Source: Ostrea edulis (taxonomy: Eukaryota). From it: a stretch of DNA of 64,000 nucleotides. Below are positions 12,631 to 24,270 of this stretch, in pieces. Position 1 is the first letter of the stretch, and each line of letters opens with the position of its first letter. Under the pieces are notes generated by a model. The model ran no database searches. It was given only the letters and a program-made list of their open reading frames with translations, and was not told the origin of the DNA. The DNA is taken from assembly GCF_947568905.1 (NCBI RefSeq), contig NC_079168.1:69130001-69194000 (forward strand), read 5' to 3'. Both the position numbers and the translations under genes were made by a program.

Positions 12631-13852
12631 GTTTGATATACTATCATATGTTCACAACACTGTTCCTTGGTTAAAGCACAAATACATATAGGCGGATTTT
12701 ATGTACCGTAAGTCTTAATTTTCCACTTTAGAGATGATCCCTAAAATATTTAAAACAATTCTTCCTAGTTTCTTGTTTATTTTGTCAAGACAAGACCAGT
12801 GGTACATAGGAGCAGGGCCTGTGGGGTCAGGTCAAATCCCATCCAGTCATACATGTTCTAATTTCTTTAAAACTATTGAGATCACCACCTTCAAACCATG
12901 TATTTTCTTGTGCCTTGTGTCAAGACATGTTCTATTGTACATATGATGTGAATATCTTGAAAATGTTTCCCACTTTTAAACTAGATATAGTTTTGTTCTT
13001 TGTCAGGGGCGGATCCTGGAATTGTGGTTACGGGGATGCCCCTTTATGAGGCAGGGGGTCCTGGATTTTAAAGCTTTTATAGAGCTTGAAATATGTTTCC
13101 TATTTAGTCATTTGTACTATTTTCTATCATTTTTTTATAAGGTGAAATTAATAAAAATGATGCAGATTTTAAGGGGTTTGGAAAAAAATCTCCCAATAAA
13201 GTATTTCAAGAAATCAAAAGATTTTGTTATTTATTTCTCCAGGAATGGAAGAAATTATTGCTTCTTTTATCGTTTAGTACATTTTTCTAAACAAGATACC
13301 ACAATTTACCTTAAATTTGAAAATTTTAGGGCGCCGGCTGTCCCCCCCCCCCTAAATCCGACACTGTTCCATTACAAATGCATTGGTATATATTGTTTGG
13401 GCCACTGCAATCATGTTTGACCTATCCCTTAATAAATATGATCTAATATTTTAAATTTATTGAGATCCCTACCCTCAACTCTCTCTTTATATATATAATC
13501 TAATGGTTTATATCTACTGAGACCCCTACCTTCATACCAAGTAGTGTCGACTGTTCATTGTGTTCAATATTACTTTAGGAAGGACCCCTGAACCTGCACT
13601 TGATCCCACCCAGTCATATATGGTCGTGTATCTGGAAAACTTTAAAGATCCATGCCATCAAATCATATATTGTTCCATTTGTCGAGTTTAATTAACCTGT
13701 ATCCATAAAGATGGTCTCTTAGGTCATGCCTGACCCCACCTTATGTCATATGTGGTCTAATATTTTGAAAACGATGATCCTTACCCTCAGTTCATTTTCT
13801 CATAAATGTTCATTCATACAATATTGATATTGGAGGACCTCAGGGGTGTACT

Positions 13853-14988
13853 TTTTAGGTCACCTGAATTCATTCTATCTGTTTTTGTCCGTCATCGTTC
13901 GTCGTGCGTTAACATTTGAACATTTTCAGCTTCTTCTCAGCAACCCCTGAACCAATTTCAACCAATTTTGGCATATAGCATCTGTGGGTGGAGGGGAACA
14001 AAAATTGTGAAATTCGTGGTCCCTGCCCCCCTGGGGCCTGAGGGGTGGGGCAAAAACCATCAAAATGAGTGTAATTTTAAAAAATCTTCTTCTTTACTCC
14101 TGGACATCAAGAAGCCAAACTGTGGGCATAATTATAATGAGCATTGAGCCCTCTACCAAAATTGTGAAATTCATGGCCCCTGGGGCAGGGGTTCTTGTGT
14201 TAGGGTGGGGCTCTATTGGTCATATAGTGAAAATGTAGAAATTCTTTGAAAACCTTCTCTGTCTCTGGGTATTAAGTAGACAAACTAATAGCATGGTAAT
14301 GATGAGCAAGGATGCCTCTTTATACCCCCCGCAACAAGTTGTGGGGGGGTATACTGGAATCGGGTTGTCCGTCTGTCCGTCCGTCTGTAGACGCAATGGT
14401 TTCCGGGCTCTAAAGCGTTATCCTTTCCACCTAACGTCACCATATCATATATATGGACTACCCATGGGATGAAGATGTTCCCTATCGATTTTGGGGTCAA
14501 AAGGTCAAAGGTCAAGCACACTGGACATCGAAGTAGCAATATGGTTTCCGGGCTCTAAAGTGTTATCCTTTCCACCTACAGTCACCATATCATACATATG
14601 GACTACCCATAGGATGAAGATGTTCCCTATTGATTTTGGGGTCAAAAGGTCAAAGGTCAAGCGCACTGGACATTGAAGTAGCAATATTGTTTCTGGGCTC
14701 TAAAGCATTATCCTTTCCACCTACAGTCACCATATCATACATATGGACTACCCATGGGATGAAGATGTTCCCTATAGATTTTGGGGTCTAAAGGTCAAAG
14801 GTCATGCGCACTGGACATCGAAGTAGCAACACTCAGAAAAGAGGTAGTTTATACCTATTACCAACACCCTTTGGGAGATTGGGGTAAGCGGGGGGTATTC
14901 TTAGTGAGCATTGCTCACAGTACCTCTTGTTAAAAATTGTGAAATTCATGGCCCCTGGATCAGGGGTTCTGGTGCTAGGGTGGGGCTC

Positions 14989-15038
<50 letters not shown>

Positions 15039-15451
15039 GTCCTTGGGTATTAAGTAGACAAACCAATAGCATGGTTATGATGAGCAAGGATGCCTCTTTC
15101 AAAATTGTGAAATTCATGGCCCCTGGGTCAGGGGTTCTGGTATTAGGGTGGGGCCCTATTGATCATATAGTGAAAATGCATTTTATTTCTTTGAAAATTT
15201 TTTCTGCTGCTGGGTATTAAGTAGACAAACTAATAGTATGATAATGATGATCAAGGATGCTTCTTTCAAAACTGAAATTTATGGCCCCTGGGTCAGGGGT
15301 TCTGGTGCAAAGGCGGGGTTGACCACATAGCTATTCAATGTTTCTTCCATCCAAAAGTAAAATTCTTATATTTAAACACAAACCTAATTCAAACATTGGA
15401 AGGTTGTTACATGATACTCAGGTGACCTATAAGGCCCTTGGGCCTCTTGTT
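13853..15451 (+). mobile_element. HINE/Helentron-type element with ~166-bp Cg170-like satellite units
   Basis: tttttAGGTCACCTGA 5' subTIR; repeated AAAATTGTGAAATTCATGGCCCCTGG units; TCAGGTGACC plus AAGGCCCTTGGGCCTCTTGTT 3' hairpin. Confidence 0.85.
14320..14931 (+). mobile_element. second HINE family nested in the previous one (three ~138-bp internal repeats)
   Basis: TTTATACCCCCCGC...GCGGGGGGTAT subTIRs, (GTCC)n, 3' hairpin GTGAGCATTGCTCAC; splits the host unit GATGCCTCTT|TCAAAATTGTG at a TT site. Confidence 0.85.
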
Positions 15452-15608
15452 ATTCATACCTTTCTATAATGCAAAATTTTAAAACGAAATTTTCTACTTT
15501 CTTTCCATGGAACAAGGTCCTCAGGTAAGTGGTGTGGCCCCATGGGCCTCTTGTATAAAACGTTTTGTTGGTGTGGGAGTTTTTCAGGTTGTTTTGATTT
15601 TATTTCAG

Positions 15609-15689
15609 ACAGCAGTTAGAAAACGTCAAACCTTCCACAACGTGAATGCTAACATCAAACGGAAGATAGAGGGAGTGCAAGAGTACTGA
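15609..15689 (+). CDS. DDX28: DDX28-like terminal coding exon
   Basis: tatttcag acceptor; TAVRKRQTFHNVNANIKRKIEGVQEY*; phase 0 joins ...WQLE|TAVRK, consistent with the DDX28 C-terminal IE-AAR-R segment. Confidence 0.8.
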   Translation, partial: TAVRKRQTFHNVNANIKRKIEGVQEY

Positions 15690-15772
15690 AATTTGGTGAA
15701 CAGGAGAGCAGAGGTCTTTCTATGGCGTTGACTAATGCAAATATGTCACATATTTTACAGATGTATAAAAGC

Positions 15773-15778
15773 ATTAAA
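15773..15778 (+). terminator. candidate poly(A) signal (ATTAAA) of DDX28
   Basis: Variant hexamer ~85 nt after the stop, followed by a U-rich tract. Confidence 0.4.
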
Positions 15779-18629
15779 AAAATAATTATTATCCGTCTGT
15801 TTTCTGTTTATTTCTTAAATCTTATCCGTCTTGTGTGGAGTAATGCTGAGCTGACTCTGCCAAAGTTAGCTCGCGCGGGGTTAACGTCTGCTGGTGACAT
15901 CACTGCATTTGTCGTGTCCTGCTATTCGTCAAATACTTTCACACCAGAAACAAGTAAGCATCCCAGCATGGTGCCCAAATCTCGGCATTAAATCGAAGTA
16001 TTGGCCGTATTCAACCACTTACCAAGTAAATACGTCAAGACAATACGCTGTGAAAGTGAAAAGTCTATTGTAATCTACTCAACAGATGAACGCCGGGTAA
16101 CCTATCTGTGACTTTTTGATCTGTCTTGTTTTTAAGTGGTCCAATTTAAAGACAAATATGCGGTTGCTCGACGTATTGATATTCTATTTCTATTTATTGC
16201 TATTGTCATAGCTTATGACACTGACGTATCGAATTTTCCTGCATAATAAGTGCAATTTTTTTGTTTTAATAGTCTTTGAATTCTATATCCACGAGCCATA
16301 TATGATGTCATATTAAATGTGGACTTTTGTGGCTGTGATGACAGATACGATCGCGCTTTGGTGATTTCCGATGCTAAAAGAATACGGCGGTGTACAACAA
16401 TGCAGTCCCCCTGATTGCCACCGGAAATCATCAGCGTAGTTATGATACTGCAAATATGTACATTTAACGTTCGATCGGAATTTTCCGGAAGTAATCGACA
16501 GCGCGAACACGGCCCGATTGTGAGCGGTCGATACAAAACGCGGCATACCATCAGAACACCCGACCCGGTTCACTAGGTCGGACGGATGCCTGGAATCCGA
16601 GATTGATCCAGAGCTTGAGACACTTTTAATAGACAGTCGTTAATTAGTGATGAAGCGCATCAGTGATCAGAGGAGAGTTTATTGGATTTTCGTTCTTCTC
16701 GATTCCGAGACACTGCACTTTTACAGGTAGTTAGTAATAGGTTAGATTACAATTCCGCAAGACGACCCGTCCCGAAGTGGCACCGTGCACATTATATAAG
16801 TACCACTCATCACGCCGGTGGCGAAATCACGCCCAAACACGTCTAACTGCACAGTCAGTCATTTATAGATTCTGTTTGGAAGAAGAGAAAACAGCAGTTT
16901 TTCCTCGTTACAAATCATGTACTGCCCTTAGACAAAGGAAGTAAACATATGCAATCCTAAAGCATTGAACGCATGTCAGCTGAATTCTAGAGACGGAATT
17001 TTACCGACAAATAAAAGTCACACGAAGCTGGAGGGATACACATTTCAATACCATTTGGATATACTTGAGTCCATGGTCGCTAATTTGTATTTTCGTTGCT
17101 GATTACCGTGTTTCGTTAGGGGTGGCGTTGGCGTAATTCTGTCAGATTTGAAGGTTTCAAAAAAGCGTAGTTACGTGTATCTATAGGCCTAAGAATGATG
17201 GTACACGTAGGGGGCACTAGTGATAGACATTTTAGTATAAGAACCGTGTTTGACAATCAAATGTCGAGACCAAATCATGAAACAACCAAAAAAAAACAAC
17301 AATGAAATAAAATACAAAATGAGAAGAAGAAGAAAATTGCGGATCTCTCAAATGATTCCTAAAAGTGTGTACCATAAGATATGTTAAAACTATTATGTTG
17401 TGAATTCTAATCACTCAGAAATGCAGTATGTATTGAAACAACTTTAACGCGAAATTTTTGATAACCACATTCAATATACACTTTGCCTTAGATTACATTT
17501 CAAGTCGAGATCAACGCAATGTAACAAATAAATGAAAACATGGTATTACTTTCTTTAAGATTTTGAAATGAAATCATTTACTGTTAACAAGTGTAGGAGA
17601 CAACATGACAAGTAGCTGCTTAATCACCATGTCTACTTAAATAAAAGTATAAGATAAAATAATGGATGTTGCAAAGTATGCATTGTAATTTGATGGAGCT
17701 CCGTGCACTTTTCGTCTGTAAACAGCTCCCGTCCAACGTTTATTTCAGATTTCAGTAAGAATTAGAATTTGTACAAGAAAAGACTAGGCTGTAAATAGAA
17801 ATGCATTCCGCTTTATATCGATTTTTATTTCGATAAACAATATGCGTGTCTAAAAGCAGATCACTCTCAAACAGTTTTAAAAAGCGATGCCTCCTACAGT
17901 TGTTACCTGATTTTAATGCAACTTTAAATTTAGTATACATTTATTGGTTTTCCGTTTCGATGAACAATATGGCCGATATCCCTGAAAATAGAATAATCTT
18001 TCAAATCTTTACAAAATGTTAACTCCTACAGTTTTTGTTTGATTTCATTGAGAATTTCATCGAGAATTTGAAGAAGAGAAAAGTATTTGTATTGTATAGA
18101 TATAAGAGAGGCATCAATTGTAATTCCGCATGTATTTAAGGGTTATTGAACTTACATGTATATTGGTGAATATTAGCCGAGTAGAATTTGAAAAATTCGC
18201 GAACTTCTGAGTGAATTTTCACACCCTAAAAGTATCAATAAAAAAAAAACTCCTTTGATATATAGTTGGACTATATTTCAGTTGTTTTACGTTGAAAATT
18301 TACTCATTTTCTCGTCAAGTTATAAACTGAAGCATTATCGGCACTAACTGCACATACACTAACTAACGCACATTTGAAGGTTCATCCGATTGCATCTATT
18401 TGTGTTTGTGAAATGTTTCAATTTGTAAAATAATAGTTCTGTTGGTCCTTCATTGTAAATCGGGAATTAAGAATTAATTGATACTTAATAGATAAAAAAA
18501 ACAACAACATCAAAACCGGCTACCAGAGTTCATAAACGATAGTCGGTCCACCATCTTTGTTTACAATTTAGCGTGGAATAACATTAACTTGTACTTGGAA
18601 CGTTTTGGTACGTATCCTGTTATTTTAGG

Positions 18630-18887
18630 ATTGATTGATTGTATATTGTTTAACGTCCTACTCGAGCATTTTTCACTTATATAGAGACGTCACCATTGCC
18701 GATGAAGGGCTGCAAAATTTAGGCCTATGTTTGACGCTTACGGCCTTTGAACAGGGAGGGATCTTTATCGTGCCACACCTGCTGTGACACGGGATCTCGA
18801 TTTTTGCGATCTCATCCGAAGGACCGTCCCATTTGGTCGCATCTTACGACAAGCACGGGTTACTGGGGACCTATTCTAACCCGGAAA
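18630..18887 (-). mobile_element. bivalve SINE, 5'-truncated, (ATCA)n tail
   Basis: Shares GCCACACC..GTGACACGGG and AGGCCTATG..CGCTTACGGCC blocks and the TTGATTGATTGTAT tail with copies at 20541, 53030 and 59500. Confidence 0.75.
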
Positions 18888-20164
18888 AGTTGGCGTTCAG
18901 TAACGGCTAGGGCAATGCAGGCTAAAATTCTCTAGAATTGAGGAACATTTTATTGTTCAAGTAGCTATATTTCTTTTTCGATGTACGATATGGCCACTCT
19001 TACAAAGAAGTATGTTTGTTTGCTGTAGGTGAATTACAATATACTTCGACGCCTACATGGCGCTGAGGTCCGCAGCAGTGATGGTTCTTTATTGTACCAA
19101 CCCTGCCATGATACGTGACCTCTATGCAATTCCAATAAATATGCACAAATGAAGATAATTAATGCTAAAATAATTTAAAACTACTATGAAAAATACTTTT
19201 TTAAATTTTGTCTAACTTTAACGAGAGTTTAAACAAATAATTTTTACATTTATGTAGCGATATATTACTTTGTCAATTTATGTGGGTGTTTCTGCAGAAT
19301 CAGAAGCGACTGTTTGAGCTACAGTGTGGTCGGAGACCTGTTTGTATACGTTGTATCGGATGCAGGTTACATTATGATCTATAGTAATACCACCTTGTCG
19401 TATGTATATAACTATTATTTCTCTTATAAAAGTTAAAACTGATATTGCTTGGGAGGGGGGAGCTCTATTAATGTTTTACTCTGTTTATTTTTTGATTTGT
19501 TATTTTCTATTTACTTTGTGAATTCGTACAATATCATTTAATGTTTAGTATTCCTTGTATATCATCATTGGTTGTAACTCACCACATAAACTTCTCATTT
19601 GATAGAGGCGCCCATTCTATAATTAGAGGTCGCGTCAGATGTGGGTAGCACGTGACTTGTGTGTACACAATGAGAGGCGCCTGCTTCGTAAGCGGAAGTT
19701 CCTGGTTCGATTCCAAACCACGACAAACGCTTGACGTTCGAAATGAAATTCACTTGTCTTTTTGGTTAGGTGTGTGTGTGTGTGTGTGTGTGTGGGGGGG
19801 GGGGGGGGGTGAAGCCACAGAAAAAAATGGCACGATAAAGAAACTTTTTTGGTAATTGGTCTACATCGAGCTCTCCAAAAGACGTGAGATGTTATGACCT
19901 TGTTCATGCAAGGAAAAAGCTTATATGGATAACCGACGCCGCTACGTAGGCCAACTATTTAGAAGCATCAAAATGAAAGCAAGACGGTATAAATGTATCA
20001 TTTCAATGAACAGGGCTTTTACAGCGATGTAACACTTTGAACAAATCTTTTTCTTTTCTTGAGCTTGGTAATTCGAGTTTTTTGTCCGTACAATACACAT
20101 GTATAAATGCTAGATGACCAAACTGGATGCAGTCGTGACCAAACTGGATGCAGTCGTTCACTTT

Positions 20165-20252
20165 TGACTCGGATTTCTTGTTTATCTTCTTATGTCTGCT
20201 AACCCTTTTGGGGCATAGGCCGCCAACAAGATTTCTCCAGGCCCCTCTACCG
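20165..20252 (-). mobile_element. RTE-clade LINE 3' end
   Basis: Minus strand encodes RGAWRNLVGGLCPKG, a typical RTE ORF terminus (WRxLVxxLC), followed by an AAG-rich tail. Confidence 0.7.
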
Positions 20253-20357
20253 GTCGCAGTAGCTCAGTGGTTTCTAGGGCGTTCGCTTCGTAACCGGGAA
20301 GTCGTAAGTTCGAGTCCTGTTTATGCCATGGCCGCGTCAAACCTAAGACGTTAAAAT
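20252..20357 (+). mobile_element. tRNA-derived SINE head
   Basis: A box TAGCTCAGTGG, B box GTTCGAGTCC, then the SINE body CCTAAGACGTTAAAA. Confidence 0.75.
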
Positions 20358-20370
20358 ATTGATTGATTGT

Positions 20371-20540
20371 ATGCAAGGTGAATATAACGAACAGTGATCA
20401 ATCTCATAACCCCTACAAGCAATACAAATAGATAGTTGGGCAAACACGGACCCCTGGATATACCAGAGGTGGGATCAGGTGCCTAGGAGGAGTAAGCATC
20501 CCCTGTTGACCGGTCACACCCGGCGTGAGCCCTATATCCT
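20371..20540 (-). mobile_element. Naiad-like Penelope-like element 3' end inserted in a SINE (TTGA)n tail
   Basis: Reverse complement of the repeat at 44000-44190; it interrupts TTGATTGATTGTAT|...|GCTTAACGTC. Confidence 0.7.
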
Positions 20541-20553
20541 GCTTAACGTCTTG

Positions 20554-20588
<35 letters not shown>

Positions 20589-20850
20589 AGACCGGTGAAG
20601 GGCTTCAAATTTAGGCCTATGCTCGGCGCTTACGGCCATTGAGTAGTGAGGGTTCTTCAGCGTGCCACACCCACTGTGACACGGGGCATCCTTTTTTTAA
20701 GGTCATCTCCGAGGACCCGTGACATTCACACCTGATGCCGAGCGTTTGGCGATGGAACTATCACTACCTGTTTTAACGACTTAGGTCTGTCGCGGCAGGT
20801 GGTGATTACTCCTTCGCCAAACGCTCGGCATTTAGAAGTGAGAATCTAAA
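20541..20850 (-). mobile_element. tRNA-type SINE body (minus), plus a short plus-strand fragment at ~20797-20850
   Basis: Same conserved central blocks as the other SINE copies (GCCAAACGCTCGGCAT, GGACCCGTGAC, GTGCCACACC). Confidence 0.75.
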
Positions 20851-20869
20851 TTAATTATTGCGAGCAATA

Positions 20870-21159
20870 TTTCTACTAAATTGATGCTCTCATCAAATGA
20901 ATTGAAGAGAGCAATAATTGAATTAATGTGCGCATTAAATCAATTATTGCTCTCATTAATTCAATTGATGCGCGTATTAACTCAATTGATGAGAGCAATA
21001 ATTGAATTGAAGCGCACATTAATTCATTTGATGAGAGCAATAATTGATTTAATGCGCGCATTAATTCAATTAAAGAGAGCAATAATTGAATTGATGATAT
21101 CTTCAAATAATTGAAGATATCTTCAATTATTTGAGTTTATGTTAATTTGGCGCTCCATA
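20870..21159. mobile_element. truncated foldback/IS3EU-like DNA transposon end with ~21-bp subterminal repeats
   Basis: Tandem TCAATT/AATTGA GAGAGCAAT units ending in GTTAATTTGGCGCTCCATA (CCATA terminus as in 55869-58201); no left TIR seen. Confidence 0.55.
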
Positions 21160-21575
21160 GAGAAGGGCTTTCGTACCCGTTGCAGTTTCCGTCTGTTTTC
21201 GGCTTTCACTACATGGCGTCCTTCGTCTTTCATATGAAGAACATTCTCTTCCAGAATTGGAGAAGTCTTTAAAATCTTGTTTGCATTTCTGTAGCACTTG
21301 TCTTTTTACATGGTAGGGTTGCTAACCCTGCGCAAAACCTTCTGGACACGGAGGACCGGTGGTTTTCTGTTGGAGTTTTCTTTCCCCATGTCATTTGAAG
21401 GCGCCGGAGACTCGCCTTTTGCCACTATCACTCAGCTACCGAAGTATTTCCAAGGTCACCAACGGGCAGGTGTGACATTAGACATGTGGCAGAACCTATC
21501 TGAGACGTCATTAACGCGAGGTTTCGATGGTGGTACTTAGTGACATCAGTTACACCCCTCGTGACCTTCACCAGC
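21160..21575 (-). mobile_element. RTE-clade LINE 5' UTR and ORF start
   Basis: Minus-strand GGTCCTCC..GGGTTAGCAACCCTACCATGTAAAA block resembles RTE 5'UTRs, followed by ATG MKDEGRHVVKAENRRKLQRVRKP; same orientation as the RTE 3' end at 20165-20252. Confidence 0.55.
21426..21569 (-). ncRNA. candidate HDV-like self-cleaving ribozyme
   Basis: Manual fold: P1 AAGGUC/GACCUU, P2 UGUCAC/GUGAUA, P3 ACC/GGU, L3 UGCCCGUU, GG after P1, P4 UAC-UUCG-GUA, J4/2 G-C-UGA (catalytic C at 21435). Deviations: 6-bp P1 and G at L3 position 2. Confidence 0.55.
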
Positions 21576-21624
21576 CTTTGATCCTATATGTTGTGTATAA
21601 GACACTTTGAGAATTGGAAAATGT

Positions 21625-21976
21625 GGCGTCGGTGGCCTAGTACGTTTGCCATTATCTGTTAGACTCTCGTCCGAAAGGTCTTGGGTTCGAGTCCTGGTCG
21701 CGGCAAGGCCGACATTGTGTCCTTGGCAAAGGCACTTTACACAAATTTCCTCGCTCCATCCAAGTGTAAAAGGGGTACCTGGCTATAGACAGTGAAAGAA
21801 ACTGTTAGAATGTTAGCGCTCTAGCGCCTGTAACGGCAGCTTGCACGATATGCTTCCCAGGAAGCTGAGAAATTTCTAGATTGATATAAGATCTGTCGGG
21901 GTAATAATGTATTGTAAAGCGCTTTGAGCAGCATACGCTGGAAAGCGCTATATAAAAACCAATCATTATTGTTATT
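21625..21976 (+). mobile_element. CORE-type SINE, full length (tRNA head, CORE domain, L2-type tail)
   Basis: B box GGTTCGAGTCC; CORE-like TTGTGTCCTTGGCAAAGGCACTTTAC..GTGTAAAAGGGGTACC; tail TGTAAAGCGCTTTGAG..AAAGCGCTATATAAA..(ATT)n. Confidence 0.8.
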
Positions 21977-23210
21977 AAATGTACAAAGGAAAACTAATCG
22001 GCACCCATTTCGCTCAAAAACAATTTTTGGGTTGTTAAAAATGCATGCAACTAGGAAACAATAAACTATAAGGTATACTTTTATTTTGCATTATAAAGAT
22101 GAAATAAAAATTGATAAGACGTAGAATTTAATTTTGCTAGGTGGTAGAATATTACAATTTTGCATTTGGCAGTACTTCCGGGGGAGGGGGGGGGGGGGCT
22201 GATTACGACACAATGATACTGATCTTTGAACCAGTAGTACTTATTATATTATTGTTATTGATTATTCACTATAGTTAATACAGTTGTGGATAAGAGGAAT
22301 TAAACTAATGTCTATTATCTGTGGGAAGAAATAAACCCGAGTTTAGAATGGAAAATACCAATTAGATGTACTTTAAAGTCTGACTGCAAACTCGCAAATG
22401 TAGTTGTGGGAACGCCAGAATATTGAAAAACAATTTCAGGATCATAATTTTATACCAACATAATTTCTTGCTTTGCTGATGCGTAGGGTTACAAGTGGCT
22501 TTGGTGTGCCTGAGGACAGTTCGCCACAAATATGATTCACTCATTCGTTTCGTAAAAAAACCAGATAACATTCACGACAGTGGAAACCTATGATCTTCAA
22601 CTTTTGAAAAGTGGTAAAAATATGACAATATCAATCTGACGTACCCCATAATTCCTTTGATATTCGACAATTTAATGTAACAAACGCCATCTGCATTGCT
22701 GATGGAATGTTCCGCAAAACATCTTCACACGACAAGCGGGCGATATGCAAAACAGAAAGCGAGAAAAATTAACGAGGACACGCCGTAATCGCAATAGCAA
22801 CACGTGTAAGAGGTGTCCGTTACGATAACATCGGAATTAGTGCTTTAGTAGTACACCAAACCACAACTAATTAGAAAAAGTGGAAGAAGAAAATGAAGTG
22901 GTAAATGCGTTGAAGCCGTTTGATGGGTGTTCATTGTTACAGATAAGCTCTACTTTTGAAGCTGTTTTCCTTTCGATGATTGTGGAAACTTGATAAAACA
23001 CCTGCCTTGAGATCGTTAAAGAGGATTTCTAATGTAACCTTGTATTACTAGTATTTATAATTGCCTTGCTAAGTGTTTCAAATTAACAAATAAATGTTTT
23101 AAGTACTTGATTTAAATGCAACCTGTATGACGGTATCCTTTAGCTAATTTACATTATTGAAAATGGGAATTTTATAGTAAGATCCAAACGTCTATAATTT
23201 ATTTTATAGA

Positions 23211-23508
23211 AAACCCTAAATAGCTCAATTATTCTGAATTTAATATCATAGCAACCCAAAATAGCTCAATGATACTGTATTTAATATCACCATACAAACC
23301 CAAAATAGCTCAATGATACTGTATTCAATATCACCATAGAAACCCAAAATAGCTCAACGATACTGTATTCAATATCACCACAGAAACCCAAAATAGCTCA
23401 ATGGTACTTTTTTTAATATCACCATAGAAACCCAAAATAGCTCAACGATATTGTATTTAATATCACCACAGAAACCCAAAATAGCTCAACGATACTGTAT
23501 TCAATATC
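23211..23508. repeat. 44-bp tandem repeat, ~7 copies
   Basis: AACCCAAAATAGCTCAA at 23253, 23297 and onward. Confidence 0.92.
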
Positions 23509-24074
23509 GTAGTAGCACTCTATTATCAAAATTTTCTTTGGCGACCCTACCCTAATTCTTTTCTGTATATATTTTAGTTATTTCACATGTATATACATAC
23601 CTACATCCCTATTACTATTACCTGTTACTAATATTACTAATTATTACCTCCTATTAAAATTTAAAAATTTCCTTTATCAATTTTATTACTCATTTCTAAG
23701 TTACTTCTTGATTTCATTATGATTTATGACCTATTTATAATCACATGTATGTCCGGTCATCAAAAGACAGTACCGCAGTCATCAGACGTGTGGGTACACG
23801 ATGGTCCTTATTTATTTATATTTATTTATTTTTAAACCATGGGACAACCCATACGTCCCATACGGAGCATATGGAATGTTACTACAACACACTTCAACTT
23901 CACTATGTTGGTGCATTTGGGAGGTGTTGGAGGGTGAGGCTGGATCGCAATGAGATGGATAGTATTATGGCAGATAATACAGTCACCAGTCGGTTAACGA
24001 TATATAGTTAACCAATCCTACGAATATCAAACAAACCCCATTTCAAACTGTGAAATGTTTGCATGTTTGTATAT

Positions 24075-24270
24075 AAAATGTTTGTTTGAGTGAGGTGAGC
24101 ATTCTAGCCCATGGCCTCTATTTTAATGTTTGTATGAGTGAGGTGAGCATTCTAGCCCATGGCCTCTATTTTAATGTTTGTATGAGTGAGGTGAGCATTC
24201 TAGCCCATGGCCTCTATTTTAATGTTTGTATGAGTGAGGTGAGCATTCTAGCCCATGGCCTCTATTTTCT
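24075..24270. repeat. 48-bp tandem repeat, 4 copies
   Basis: ATGTTTGTATGAGTGAGGTGAGCATTCTAGCCCATGGCCTCTATTTTA units. Confidence 0.93.

Noticed and set aside
16213-16573. Two overlapping minus ORFs as a gene convergent with DDX28
   Set aside because: No recognisable protein; retained only as an unexplained CpG-rich block.
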